Assembly (NCBI GenBank): GCA_973895155.1
Contig: OZ316894.1
Coordinates: 991,968 to 1,055,967 of the forward strand
Direction: 5' to 3'
From: Marsupella aquatica
Lineage: Eukaryota > Plantae > Marchantiophyta
DNA length: 64,000 nucleotides
Part shown: positions 37,341 through 50,042 of the stretch, piece after piece
Layout of the letters: each line of letters opens with the position of its first letter
How positions within the stretch are numbered: the first letter of the stretch is position 1
Notes under the pieces: generated by a model
What the model saw: only the letters and a program-made list of their open reading frames with translations
What the model was told of the DNA's origin: nothing
Databases searched by the model: none
Made by a program: the position numbers and the translations under genes

Positions 37341-38766
37341 GCCATTATGTGGACGTGGGATAAATGTCCAAATGTTGCAGATCAGAATCAATCGGGACTA
37401 GATAAGAGGCCTCCAATTTTCTTCGATGTACCGGCGTATTGATAAACTTCGGTCCAAGTCTAACCAAGACAATTGTATATATCAGTGAAAAGGATTGAAA
37501 TCGTGTTGTGCTTGAATTCTCGATAACTCAACTTTTAAGCTTAAGCTCACTTGCAACCTGCTGAAGCAGATGAGAATTTCCTTTGCCCGTATCTCTACCC
37601 TGTGCACAGCCTGACCAAAGAATAAGATCCTAGAATGTGCAGTCCACTAATAACTAGACTCCAAGTGTGGGAGGCGAGATTACACAATCCGAAGATTTTA
37701 TCTCAGAAGTCAGAGTGCCCAAAAATTACAACTCAAGTGGGGGAAAGAAGGAGGCAACAAGAGAGGAGTGAAACGTTTGAATGAATTTTACAACGGATGC
37801 CCAATTGTGCCACCCGGAAACCATACAAGGGGGTAAGGCTGGAGAACAAAATAACCTCAAGACATCGTTCCCTCTTGAATACTACAATCTGACCGTTCGC
37901 TGCTTGGGTAAGGTTTTGTGTTCCTGAATGGTCTTGTCATCCTAGAAACCAGCACCTGCACCGTGTACTGACCAGTACTTCGTACAGGCCAGAATATATA
38001 TTCACCGCCATGCCCGCTAACTGCTACACTGATGGATGTTGTCATCCTGCCAAGCTATCTCCACAAGGAAATTTCATCAACTTAAACTTTGCATACGGCT
38101 TTACAAGAATCTTATACAAACGAAGAGTTGATGCTTGTGGATGTAGCACAAGCACCTTTGAACACAGATGATGCCCGAAATATGAACTTTGGGATCTAAT
38201 TCTCACCAAATGCAAGCCACCACGTTTCCATCATGTGTATTCGGGACCTCAAGGCTTTCGCTGATGTAATCCGAGCTGCCATTTCTGTCCACTTCAGTTT
38301 AACAGCTTTCCTCCGTTTCAAACGTCCACGAGTCACTCAGTTCTCCGTTCTGAAGTTAAGAACAGAGAGCACAGCTAAACTCCAGGTACCTCCAAATTAC
38401 GCGCTCGAGCTGTTTTGAATGCATCTTTGTAATCCGACCTTTTGCTCCTATAGTTGACGTATCTCAAAATGTGATCATCCATTATCCCTGGTGCCCCTGT
38501 TAGTTCCCCGAACATCTGCCACAGTGCTGAGCTTCAGATGTAACAATTGAAGTGCATATATGTGCCTCGATAACTTGAGTAACATGTTCTTTCAAATGCC
38601 GTCATCACACGAAGAAGCTCATGCCATTATGTTGTGGCGGAGCCCCAGCTCGGAATGATGAGGATAAAGCGCCGTCAGAGAGTTGGGACGACACAGAAAC
38701 AGAAGGGCTCTGTGTCTGTCCAATTTGATAGTAATCGATCTCGTTTTGTTCTCAAATGCTAATGAC

Positions 38767-41451
38767 TTAGATCTTTAAAGAGGGCTTATTTCTTCGCAGG
38801 TCAGCCACTGCTGCATCTCTCAACAGAACCACATCCACGGCACCAGAAACTAAGTGATAGCCCCGTTTGAACAATGAATCTGGAGAGCTCTCCGGAGTTG
38901 CAAACCCTGCTAATAACACCATTCCCTGGCGTGAAAGAATCTTTTCCTCTGCATGACAGAACAGCAAACGAGCTTGTGCATCACAAGCAAAGCACAGCTG
39001 ATTAAGCACTACGTCACCCAGGCTTGATTCCAGCCTTGGACCCAAATAAAAGGAATTTTCAAGTCGGTTGGATTAACAATAAGAACAAAAGATTCACAAC
39101 CAACATAGGTTTGATACGAAATCTTACTGTTATAATCAAGGTATGGATCGCCGAGGCTAGCTCCAAAGTCTAGCCCACCCATTTGAATGCAATCTACTCC
39201 GTCCACCCCTGCGATCTCTATAATATGATCGGTAGCTTCCATTGTTTCAACCTAGTAAACATCAGCAATTGAACCGTAGTTAGCCTCAAATATTAACATA
39301 GGTATTTATCTGAATAGAGAGCTCCTCCGGTACTATTTTTCCCTCCCGAGAAACTAGTGGTGACAATTGTCCAATGATGGGACTAAACCGTAGACTAAGG
39401 ATGACGGTACTGAGCTATGGGAGTTCACACTTTGATACCAAATACAGGTTGGATTAGATTTGTAGTATGTACGTTTTGTTTAAACATTTTTAGTTTTTAC
39501 TGTGGTGATGGCTGAATGTGGAGCAAAATAAATTGCCATCAATGACCTGAGAAGCCATAACCTCACTTGACTTATTCCAAAATTTCCACTACGGTTATAA
39601 GTGACATTCTGTTTGAGAGATCCGAAAAACATATGAGTTAGATCCTCTCCCTACTACGAGAGCCCGAAAATAGCTGGAGTAAAATCTGTTTTTTTTTTAA
39701 CTTGGTAGGCTTGGCGGGGGTTTTCTTCCCTTCTCATGGCCAGAATTCCTTTGTTTGTCGGTGTTTGTACTATAGGAGCTCAAATCTGATCCTTTGTAAG
39801 CACAAAACCTCATACGCTGTACCGTTTGCAGCAATCACGTACTGTATCCCAACCGTTTCCCACTAGACACCAGAGAATGGCATAACTTCAAGGTTTAGGA
39901 GTTTAGAATCTTAAGAGAATTACAGAGCATAAGAATGGTTTCGGGATTATGAATGCAACTTCACTGGACTGCGTGTGATATTCACCACACATATGATCTT
40001 CAAAACGTGTGAGAAGCACAATTGCCTTGACTGACCGTGTGACCTGAAGCAGCTTGATCATGAGACAGAATCTGGAAGGATGCACCAACCTGACATATTA
40101 CGAAGAGCTCTTCCTCACACCGATCTATGTAGGAGGCATCCAGACCATAGTGTGAAGCCCTGCTGACCACATGACGAGATCCCCTTCGAATTCCACCAGG
40201 TGGGTATCTGCACAGAGCCACTGCATTTCTCGCCGCTTCCTCGTTCTCAATCATGGAGAACATCAATCCGGCAGGCCCCATATCCAGCGCCTTGTTGACG
40301 AGAACAGGATCATCACCAGGAAGGCGAAATATGGCTGGCGTGCCTGTTGACGCCAAGGCTTGCAACACCGGGAGAGCGGCAAAATTGTCCCCAGGGAACA
40401 ATTGCCCCAAATCTACCACTACGAAATCGTAGCCCGCCCAGCCCAAAATCTCTGCGACGACGGTGGAAAAGCTGACCAGAAATGCTCCATAAAGTTTGTG
40501 TCCTGCTACAAGTTTGGACTTCAAAGATGTACACGTGGATGAAGGGGTAAGAGGAGCAGCTCGGGAAGGAGGAGGGGATACAGCAGCAGCTAAGTTATCA
40601 TGAAGACCTTCACTTGTCACACTTTCCCCCAAGCTCGCCCACCTATGAATTGAGGGTGATGCAGCGGCAGGAGAGGCTCGAGAGGATGACGGAATTGCAG
40701 GGGATTTGACTTGCTGCAAATCCACAACTTTAATGCTTTCCCTGAAACCCCTCGGCTTTTGGAAAGATGGGGATGCATCACATGAAGGGGACTTCACCAG
40801 CAGCACATCCCCACCTCTTATGGTATCCCTCAAGGTCCTCTCCCCTTGGTCAGATGGTGGCGCGTTGACTGTAGGGGAATTAGGGGTCCTGGCCTGCTGT
40901 ACCTCTCCACTTCTTACGCTGTCCCTCGAGCTCCTCTCCCTCAAGCTCGTGGGCTCTTGAGATGTTGGTGATCCATTTATTGACAAGTCCTTTGCCTGCG
41001 GTAAATCTCCAATTCTTCTACTTTCCCTCAAGCTCCTCTCCCGTTGCAAAGATGGCGAGGAAATCGCTGAAGGGGAGTTGGCCGGCTGCACATCTCCGTT
41101 TCGTATGCTTTCCCTCAAGCTCCTCGCCCCATGAGATGAAAATGACGCATCAGCTGAAGGGGACTTCACATCTCCACTTCTCCCATGATCCCGCAAGCCC
41201 CTCGCTTCTCGAGATGATAGCGAGGTAGCAGTAGCAGCAGCAGCAGCTCCAGTAGCTAGGGAAGAAGATGATGGGGCTGAAGGTGAATTGGGCTGCAAAT
41301 CTCCACTTCTTTCGTTGTCAGCAAAACCCCGCCTGGCCGTCGTGGCAGCAGTTGGGAAGTGCTCCAATTTGGACCCTTGAGCGAAACCACAAGTACTTGG
41401 GCGGGTTGGTCGCTGAGTTACACCACCGTTGCCCTCCAGAGCTTTGGACAT
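38767..41451 (-). CDS. HpcH/HpaI aldolase/citrate-lyase family protein with a long Ser/Pro/Arg-rich repeat N-terminus; exons 41451-40090, 39251-39128, ~38972-38767
   Basis: SLKSKLVAGHKLYGAFLVSFSTVVAEILGWAGYDFVVVD..PAIFRLP..KALDMGPAGLMFSMIE..CRYPPGGIR..RASHYG..ICQ | VET..IEIAGVDGVDCIQMGGLDFGASLG | AEEKIL..LAGFATP..RGYHLVSGAVDVVLLRDAA. GT-AG junctions. The last acceptor is uncertain. Confidence 0.9.
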
Positions 41452-43155
41452 CTCCTAAACCCCCAAACCTCCTCGTTACGTCTCTTCGTCCCTCCACCTC
41501 GTCGTCGTCGTCGTCGTCTTCGTCAACCCATCTGTGTCTTACTGCTGAGTTGGAAAGTGGATGGTCTGCTGTCTGCTGACCGACAGAATGCAAGCACTTT
41601 ACTGAAAGGCAAACGGCACCCTTATGGACAGAATATGGATAAGAAATAAGGTTTGTTGGATCAAAAAAATGAAGTGCCGGTGCGTGGAACCTAACGCCTA
41701 TCACAGTACTCCTGTATTTATCACACAGGAACGCCAAACCGTGGTATGCATAACACGTCTTCCATTCAGGGAGACTGACGGATACTTCTGGTTTATTCAG
41801 GGTATCGCTCAATCCTGATGAAAAGTTGAAGGTTGACCTCCGAAGCTTTCCGTTTGGTAGGGGAAGTGGCGACAGGATCTCTGTCCAGATGACAGAAATT
41901 GGGTAGATTTTGAACCAGTCCAGGGAAATCCTGAAAATTGAGATGTTCCCAGCGGAGCTAGAGATCTTGTCTCAGTTGAGGAGGTTGGGAAAAAAATTCA
42001 GGTGAGAGCTTTTCGTGCACCTGAGAGAACTTGTGAGATTGTGTAATTGTGCTCGACCTCGTCCTTTGCAATTTTAGCTGCTAAATATTTGAATAACTTG
42101 ACGTCTGCACCTTTAGAATCTTTGTTGTTCCTAAACACTTGGAATCTCGTTGCTGCCAAGAATCGAGGGGAACAGAGGGCATCCGAAACGTTCCTGCCAA
42201 GGACTAGAATCTTGGGGAAGGAACATGCATCCCAAACATGGAGAGGCACAAATAGCAAGGGGAAGTGATGTGTAGACTAGTCATTTAGTGCAACGACCAA
42301 TATCAGCGTTGTCATTACATCCTGCCTTAGCATCAGCTTTCAAGAATTTGTGGTAGGATCTTGCTCCATGAGAAGAGGAGAAATTCCAGCTGAAGCCTAC
42401 GTCCTTTCTCTGATTTGCCTCATCCAAAGGTTTTACTTTGAATTTTTTTAGTTTTTTAAATAATATCCTACTGTAATACAATCCCGGGCCAATAACCCCG
42501 ACCCACTGCTTCGCTTTGCATCATCCACAAGTTTTTCTTTGAATCGACTCCAAAAAGTGACACCATGGTGCCACAAAGCCTAGTGACTAGTCTAGGCTCA
42601 TGTTCCATGCCAAACACTACACAAAAAGCCTTCCGGCTCAGTCCTTGACAAGAAGTGGGTGACTGTAGACTCTAAACAATGCAAGCTGCAGAGTAACTAC
42701 TGTATCTGTTCTTATAAACTAACTCCGTGATGCTACATCTGGGTGGTTCAGAGTATCTATTAAATAACTGCAGATGCCTCTGGGCTCTGGTCCACCACAG
42801 GGTCCTCAATACACTTGAGACACTGCTAAGGCAAGTATTTTCACTAATCTCCTGGATACAAGAACAGGTACCGGAGTGAGAGTGATAGAAAAGAGCACCT
42901 GAGCAATTCCCACACTGTTCTGTGCTGGATAGTCCTACACTTCAGTTTATCGTCACGATTGGAGGGTGAAAAATTAAGAAGACACTCACTAATCAATAAA
43001 GACCAGCCACTCCATCCAAAGAAGGAAAAGGGTTGACAGAGGTGGTACGAAACAAGCTCAAATGAACTCATGAAAATGATTTTAAGCCCTGCAGAATGAA
43101 GGGCAAAACAATTGTCATTGTACAGATGACTGTTTTGAGAGACTCGTTGAAAGCT

Positions 43156-45225
43156 CTACTCTTCAGCTATCGGGAAAGCTGATCCGATGCAGTTTCTGCC
43201 GAGAGGATATACTTTGACGTTGACATAATATGGCCCCAGAGTCACGTGATTATCCTCTGCTCCACAGAAATAACATAAAGTATAGAGAGCCATCTCAAAC
43301 TCTGGACTCACCCCAATCAGGGTGCTACTCACTGCTTTCAGGATGCCGTTCCATTTGAATTGCACAGTTAGAAGCTGCGAGTGGGAATCAGGCTGCAACA
43401 CGCAAGAAACAGCATATTCATATATACATGCTCTTAGCTCTTCCAAAGTATGCAAGCAAACTTTTGGCATGATCGAGGCAATTCTACGAAAGTTTTGTCT
43501 CCTAACAATAAAGATTCGTCGTTTCCCCCTCTATACCTCCATAAGCTGACACAGGGTACACCGAATAGCTACTTACGCAGAGACTGTCAGAAGTAGCTTG
43601 CTAAAGATGGCAATGTTTCAAAACACAATCGCTCCAAAACTGAAATTATAGACCGAAAAAACTCACCATTGGATCCCCTCTTCGTCTTGGCATGATGAAC
43701 CCTTGGTAGTCCAAATGGCCCTTGGCTTCCTCCAGATAAAACTGCAAAACGGAAGGACTGTGTCATGAACCCTTGGGAGATGAAATCTGATGATCTAGGG
43801 TCCTGGCTGATGGTTTTAAATTCAATACCAACATCGTTCCGATTCTGATCCAGTTTCTCTTATCGACGACAGCCGTAATCTGCCAAGGTAAGGGACATCG
43901 AACCTTACGAAAAGAGGAAGGTCGAATTGCTGGTGAAAGCAATGGACGCCAGGAGCAATGAGAACGGAAACACAGCCATAGCACGTAATCATCCAGTCAT
44001 GGTTGTAAGCACTCGACCGGCGTTCGGGGAAATTGGTCAAAAAGCTAAAACAGATGAACCATGACAACAACTTCAATGCTGGGTGTAGTGAGCCTCATTA
44101 CCTGCATCCAATTATGCATTCCTGAAACTTCAGTCTCACCAGTATTCCTATCATGCTTGACCTCCCCAACGAACACATGCTCAAAAGCCGAAGAAGAGCC
44201 CCTCGTTCCACCTCTGTTATACGGGTCAAACCACAGAGAACGCATGGCATTCTTGAACTGCTGCTCATCTCCCTGGATAACATTTTTTGCTTCCAGATAC
44301 TTGTGAATATATTTCAGAGGTGCTGTCCTGCTTATCTCCTCAATGAAAGCTATCTCTTCATTTTGCTCTTGAGAAGATCTCTTTTCAGCAACATGCTCAT
44401 CCGGATTGTAATTATCCAGCAATGCGTAGAAGCGAGCGTACGTGGGTCTTTGAAACACACTTTGGTCCAAATGACTAAAAAGGGAAGCATCCGCGTGATC
44501 CTCCTTTAAGTAAACTTTCGTGCCGTTACCGACGTCAATGGCATAGTCCCTCCCCGGCGTCAAACGATTGATATCCAATTCCCACAACCTGCTGACTGCT
44601 TTGGACACATCGCTTAGCTCCTCCCTTGTAGGTTCCACATTCACCGTTGATGTGCTCACATGTTCTGCATATTGCTGCTCGCTAGCAGGAACTTTGTAGC
44701 TCTGACGGATGTCATCTGTCAACTGTGGGACAATCAGATCAAAGAAATCGATTATCAGCTAAAACATTTGGGCACCCTCAGATATCGGAAGCTGGTCAAA
44801 TAGATCCTCTGATGCTGAGATGATCAGCTGAAATAATCAGGATAACCATGGGAAACATCGACGTGTATGACAAAATAAAGAAAAATCAACCAATGTACAG
44901 TGATTATGATACGGAATGTCAATAGGTAGCTCAAGTAACATTTCAAACACCAAATACACCACATATCACGAGTTTACAATCTCCAGAGCGCTATCAAGGA
45001 GGCCTACCAATTTGAAAATTCATCTGTGAGCCTAAATCTTCTTGGCCATCTACCACGAATACTGGAAAACTCCTGCCTCGCTAATGTGTATCTCTTGCGG
45101 AAGCCTTCTCAGAGGAAGTTAAGATCGTTTTGTCAGCTTGGTTGTAAAGGAAAACTCACCTGATGAAATTTCGCACTCACCATTTCTTTCACTGTCTTCT
45201 TCAACGCGCCAAACATGCCTTTCAT
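43156..45225 (-). CDS. ENDOU: Poly(U)-specific endoribonuclease (EndoU/XendoU family); exons 45225-45181 (or 45160), 44722-44102, 43741-43667, 43392-43156
   Basis: RLWELDINRLTPG..LF..RPTYARFYALLDNY..SSAFEHVFVGEVK..VSGMHNWMQ | FYLEEAKGHLDYQG | TVQFKWNGILKAVSSTLIGVSPEFEMALYTLCY. The catalytic His, His and Lys motifs are present. All introns are GT-AG, phase 0. Confidence 0.94.
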
Positions 45226-45589
45226 AGAAAACAAAGATTCTCCATCCTGAATTTGACAAAATCCGCCTCGGATATAGGTAAGAAGAACACAACGCAACAC
45301 TACATATCGTACCCAATAGCACGAAGTCATACACACCACCCTGATGAAACTTATACACGAAACCGAATCGTCGGAACCAGACTAAGAGATTGCCTCCTCT
45401 TCTGAAACAAGATAAGTTTATGCCTCCCAGAAGTGGCTGGAAGAAAACAGTTGCAACCAAAAACAAAGCTGGCCACTGTTGTGTGTAGCTTTAAGTTCCT
45501 ACTACCCTTCTCCAAGGCTAACATTTCACACTAGCACTGCGTACTTGCATCTACACGTGCCACAGTTTAGTGAATCAACTATGCAACCG

Positions 45590-46045
45590 TACACAGCTAG
45601 GGACTGGTTTGAGCTTGAGAAGCTGAAGATTGAGCCCCTTGCTGCGATTGGTATTGTGACCTGGACTATGCGTGATAATATTTTGTTTGACAACCTCCTC
45701 GTCACCCAGGAGCAAGCTGAGGCAGAGTACAAAGAGAATACATAGAACCCCAATTGTGATGCAGAGAAGGTAACAAAGCAGCCGAAGAGAGCGTTGCAAG
45801 CCCTGAAGAGAGTCCTTCAACAGAAAGGTTTTCTAGTTATTATATTAGATTCCTGAATTTCCACATTTGGCTTCATACATCTGACGTGCGCGAGAAGGCT
45901 AAGAACGATAGGACGCGTGCATGTTGCTGGCATCGTCGGCGCAACAGCCATCTCTCTTGCCCTTTTCAAAACGGTCGATTTTGGTCGGAAGAAGACTATG
46001 GCCCCTGTGCCAGCTGCCGAGAAGAACGATGAGGAATTGAGGTAG
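45590..46045 (+). pseudogene. Calnexin C-terminal gene fragment
   Basis: DWFELEKLKIEPLAAIGIVTWTMRDNILFDNLLVTQEQAEAEYKENT* resembles the calnexin DYFEL..EPIAAIGIEIWTMQDGILFDNILI motif. It is followed by a TM-like AGIVGATAISLALF and a basic GRKK tail. Stops and frameshifts, no 5' part. Confidence 0.75.
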
Positions 46046-48677
46046 AAACGAAGCGCGAGGCACCTCAAATGAGTCATCATTGAGACACACAAGTTGTCAG
46101 CACCGTTTTATGTCTGTTGTAGTGATTATGGGAAGGGTACAACAGTTGGATGAGTGCATCTTGTTAGCTTCAACCATCACTGTTTGCATTTTCATCTAGG
46201 GACCCTCGACAAAGGCAGCCTTCCTGTGCTAAGATTTCCTAACTTTTAAGCTAGTTTAGAACGATCTTTCCCGTTCATCGCTTCCAATCCCACAAGAGCT
46301 GTCCTTCGGGCAATTTCAGGCTCTAGCAAACCTTCCGACCTTGTGTCGATCAACCGACTCTTACTGGGCCACATTGCTCTCGAGAGAAACCACAAGAACA
46401 CAGGTCACGGACGACCTACCCCTGACAAGGATCCTTACCTATCACTTCACACCCAGAAGAGACAATGCTAATTACTTGCCTGATTCATTTTGTGGCGCTG
46501 CTGAAGTTTGGTGCCGTCTCACTGCTCCACCCGTCCACTTGCCTGTCAACAGGAACAATGTCAAGAGTCAAGCCCAGCAAGGAAAGGCAAGGGAAGGAAT
46601 GGGAAGGAAGCTCTGGCATGAACTAGCGTACTTAGGTCCAGCGCTTCTACCCAATGCCTCAAAACTGCCAAACACAGACCATAAGAACGAACTTGGCCCT
46701 GGAATTGGTCCCGCGATGATCTAGTTTAGAAGGAAGCAAACTGACTCTTCGGGACTGTGAGGACACAACTTTGCACTCTAGTGGACCAGAGGAGATGCAG
46801 ACAGGTGAAGAGCTGTTGGGCAGGTTCAGCATTGTAACGGTTGTGCACACAATTACCTCCAAGAGACTGCAAAAAGTCTCACAACTCTCACAGAAATTGC
46901 AAACGGAAGGCAGTACAGCAGAAGCAGACGCGGACAGAGAAAAGAGAGACACGGATTGCTGTAAACAGATCAAACAATCGACAAATCCCAGAAGGTGACA
47001 CAAAGGGGACCTCACGGTGTTGGTACGCAATGCCTTGCTTTGCGTCGCTACTCGGCACTCCCTTCTTCCCCGTGGACAGCAGCAACAATTGAGCTCATCA
47101 ATTGAATGTCTATCTCCGCCCAACGCACTTGAGCAAAGTGCTGCTGCTGCCTTATCAATATGCGCTAAGACCAAGAGGGAATCAGTACAGCATCTTTAGA
47201 CATGAGGCATCCTCCTGAGAGATGGAAGGTGGGGATCGGTTGAATACCTCCCTGGAACTAGTAAAGTCACAGATTGGATTCTACAGAAACTGGTGTCTGT
47301 AAAGAGACTGATCGGCAGCGAAGTGGCAGGATTGTGCTTTTTCTTGAGAGCTCCCTATTTGATGGTCGGTGACTCGGTGGGCGTTCTGACGTGCTGACCT
47401 GCAACAATACTGTACAGCAGTGTGTGAGGAGGGTCTCGAGAACTCACTTATTACAGCTCTTATCCCAAAGTGTACACCATAGTGCTTGGGGACACCGCCC
47501 CATTCCATTGGGAATTTTTTAGGAATACTCTGCCCAAGTGGCAAAATAGTTTTACTGGAAATACATGGAAATACATAGTGCCAAGTTTGAGTTTAGTCAG
47601 TAATGTGCAGAGCGTCCATATGTGTGTTTTTGTTAACATTCTTGAAATGCACATATGCGCTGATGAATTGTTGTCAATAGGGAAGCGAAAACAAGTTGAG
47701 AAGAAGGTTGCAGACGAGAAGAGTGACACACTTCCAAAAGAAGTTGAGAAGAAGTTGTGAGGGAAGAAGAAACAGAAACCTAATGAGTATGTTGTGCGCA
47801 CAACTCTTATGGAAGTAACAATGTTCCTAGAAGATGAAGGAGACAAACTTGATGCCCTAGAGGAGAAGCAGGTACTAGAAGGAAATGATGTTCTCTAACT
47901 AATAAGGCAGTATTATATTTTTAGAATAAATAAACTATTTTCTATTCCAATGGGAAAAAATTGTCTGCGCCAGCAAAACTATGTTACAAGATGCTAAATA
48001 GTGCCCATGTGAAAGCACATTGCCGAACTCATGGTGAAAAAACCTGGACACAAACCTCACATCATGGACCTGCTTCCTTACAGCTCAAAGCATAAAAAGT
48101 TGCAATTGCATTTGACTCTCCAGCCATCTTTACATTTTCTCTATATTCTCTCATGGATAACATTCTGGCCTAAACACATCTGCAATCACCATTCACCTCA
48201 AGACAGCAAACTTCGCAGCAAACGGAAAAACTGTCAATGTATTTTCAATTAATTTATAGAAACAGTATTGACACACCATATTAAAGGTCATTATTACAAA
48301 ATGAAGTCTGGATGGACCTCTAGGTTTGTCAAAATGCTCCCATGGATTTTTGCAACTCAGATGGACCCCATTGTACTCACAATGTGACAAGGAATATTCT
48401 AATTAGTCCAGCCCAATTGTATGGTTTTTGTCTACTGTCCATGGGAGCATCATTTTCTCATTATGATGAATAAAGTTTTGCCTCTAAATGTTTGGTTAAA
48501 CTAACTGAAAAATACATTGACAATTTTTTTTTGGTGTAATTAACTGAGTATTTTACCCAGTCCATGGGGATTGGCAGCGACAAGGGAGTGTAAACTGAAA
48601 AAGGTCTACCCTTAAGTGGTGCACAAGAATCTAGGCAACATTAATGACTTTCCAGGGACTAGTCTCCCCGGTTTAAC

Positions 48678-48985
48678 CTGACGGGCAAGTTGATGGCTTG
48701 CCGGGCACGTCAAACTGTCAAATGACGGCCCGAAAATGACCAATTTGACGGATATTCGGTAATATTCTCCCGAACTCACCCGGACTCCCCCGGACCCTTC
48801 CCGGACTCACCCGGACCCCCGAACCCCCTGGACCCCCCCCCAAACCTCGCCCGAACTCCCCCGAACCTTGCCCGAACCCGGCCCTGACCCGGCCCGATCG
48901 TCTCCCGAACGTATCCCGGCCCGGACTGTTCCCGAACCCGGGTGCCGGTTGCCGGTGATTTTCCGTCAGTTTGACGGGCAAGGTC
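48678..48985. repeat. GC-rich island of ~9-10-bp CCCGGAC/CCCGAAC units bracketed by inverted CGTCAAACTG/CAGTTTGACG motifs; probably TE-derived
   Basis: More than 12 CCCG(G/A)AC variants. The inverted 10-mer sits at ~48708 and ~48967, and TGACGGGCAAG occurs at both ends. Confidence 0.7.
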
Positions 48986-50042
48986 TCTGTGAATGTTGAG
49001 GGAGACCTTGGAAACGCCTTTTGGCAATGGTTGACTTATGCCCTGGTCCTCTTCATTGCTTGCTACCCATCCCTATACATAAGCCCACATACATGTTTAA
49101 ATGTTTAGCTTCCTAAAATGATGTATGTACTGAAAAGTCAGTGTTTGCCATGCTTTAGAATATTAAAAAGAATTACGAGAAAAATTCTTTCAGGGCTTCC
49201 CAAAAACCCCAAAATATTTTGCTAGTTGGACCCAAAACTCTGATAGTTATTTATTTACTGCACAAACCGCTCGATGATAGTCAAGTTGAAAATGCACCCA
49301 AGTCTGAATGACTTGTTGCAGTGGAGAAATGAAAGTAATGGATCATAAGGTGGACCCATAATTTGTAATGACTCGTTGCAGTGGACAAATGAAAGCAATG
49401 TTTCATAAGCTAACCCACGATTCTTAGAAAACCTTGAAGTTCCGACCGAAGCCATTGGCAAGCACTGAACCCATGTTAGTTATAAAATTGATCAATGTAT
49501 ATAGAACACAAATAGAGCGAAGTGGCTATATTGATCATGGACTATATGTTACAAAGTTGTTGAGCATGGTGGCATATGCCTATCGGCCATCAGAGATTTA
49601 GCCTTGAGATTAGGCTCTATTTATTTACATTTGGTTCATGATGAACTTGTCCCCTCAACTCCACATTTATATATTTTATATATTGTATAATTATCTGGTA
49701 GCTTTTTGAAGCTGCCAATGTGTTACATAATCTATATTTTGGCAGCCAATGTTTTTTGAAGATGTATAATCACTTTCGCTGCCAATTGTGTTATGGGGTT
49801 TAAGGCATGATTAATGTACTTCCAAATGTATGTTGAGCTCATGGAGACCACAACAAGCCTTTGGTAGCTTGAGATACTCACTCAAAAATCAGATTAAGAA
49901 GCTTTAGGTTCCCAATGTCTTCCACAGCATTGTCAAATGAATTGATTCCCCTCAATTCAGTCCCCAAAGTAGCTGATTAGTCTAATCAAGATTCAAAAGA
50001 AAATATAACTTCCTAGCTGATTCTAAGCTAAGGTATATTCAT

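Noticed and set aside
39428-39445. tRNA-Met PBS-like TGGTATCAAAG on the - strand
   Set aside because: It is an isolated match inside an intron with no paired LTRs.
46341-47900. Possible gene fragments
   Set aside because: The overlapping short ORFs show no identifiable homology, so no call can be supported.
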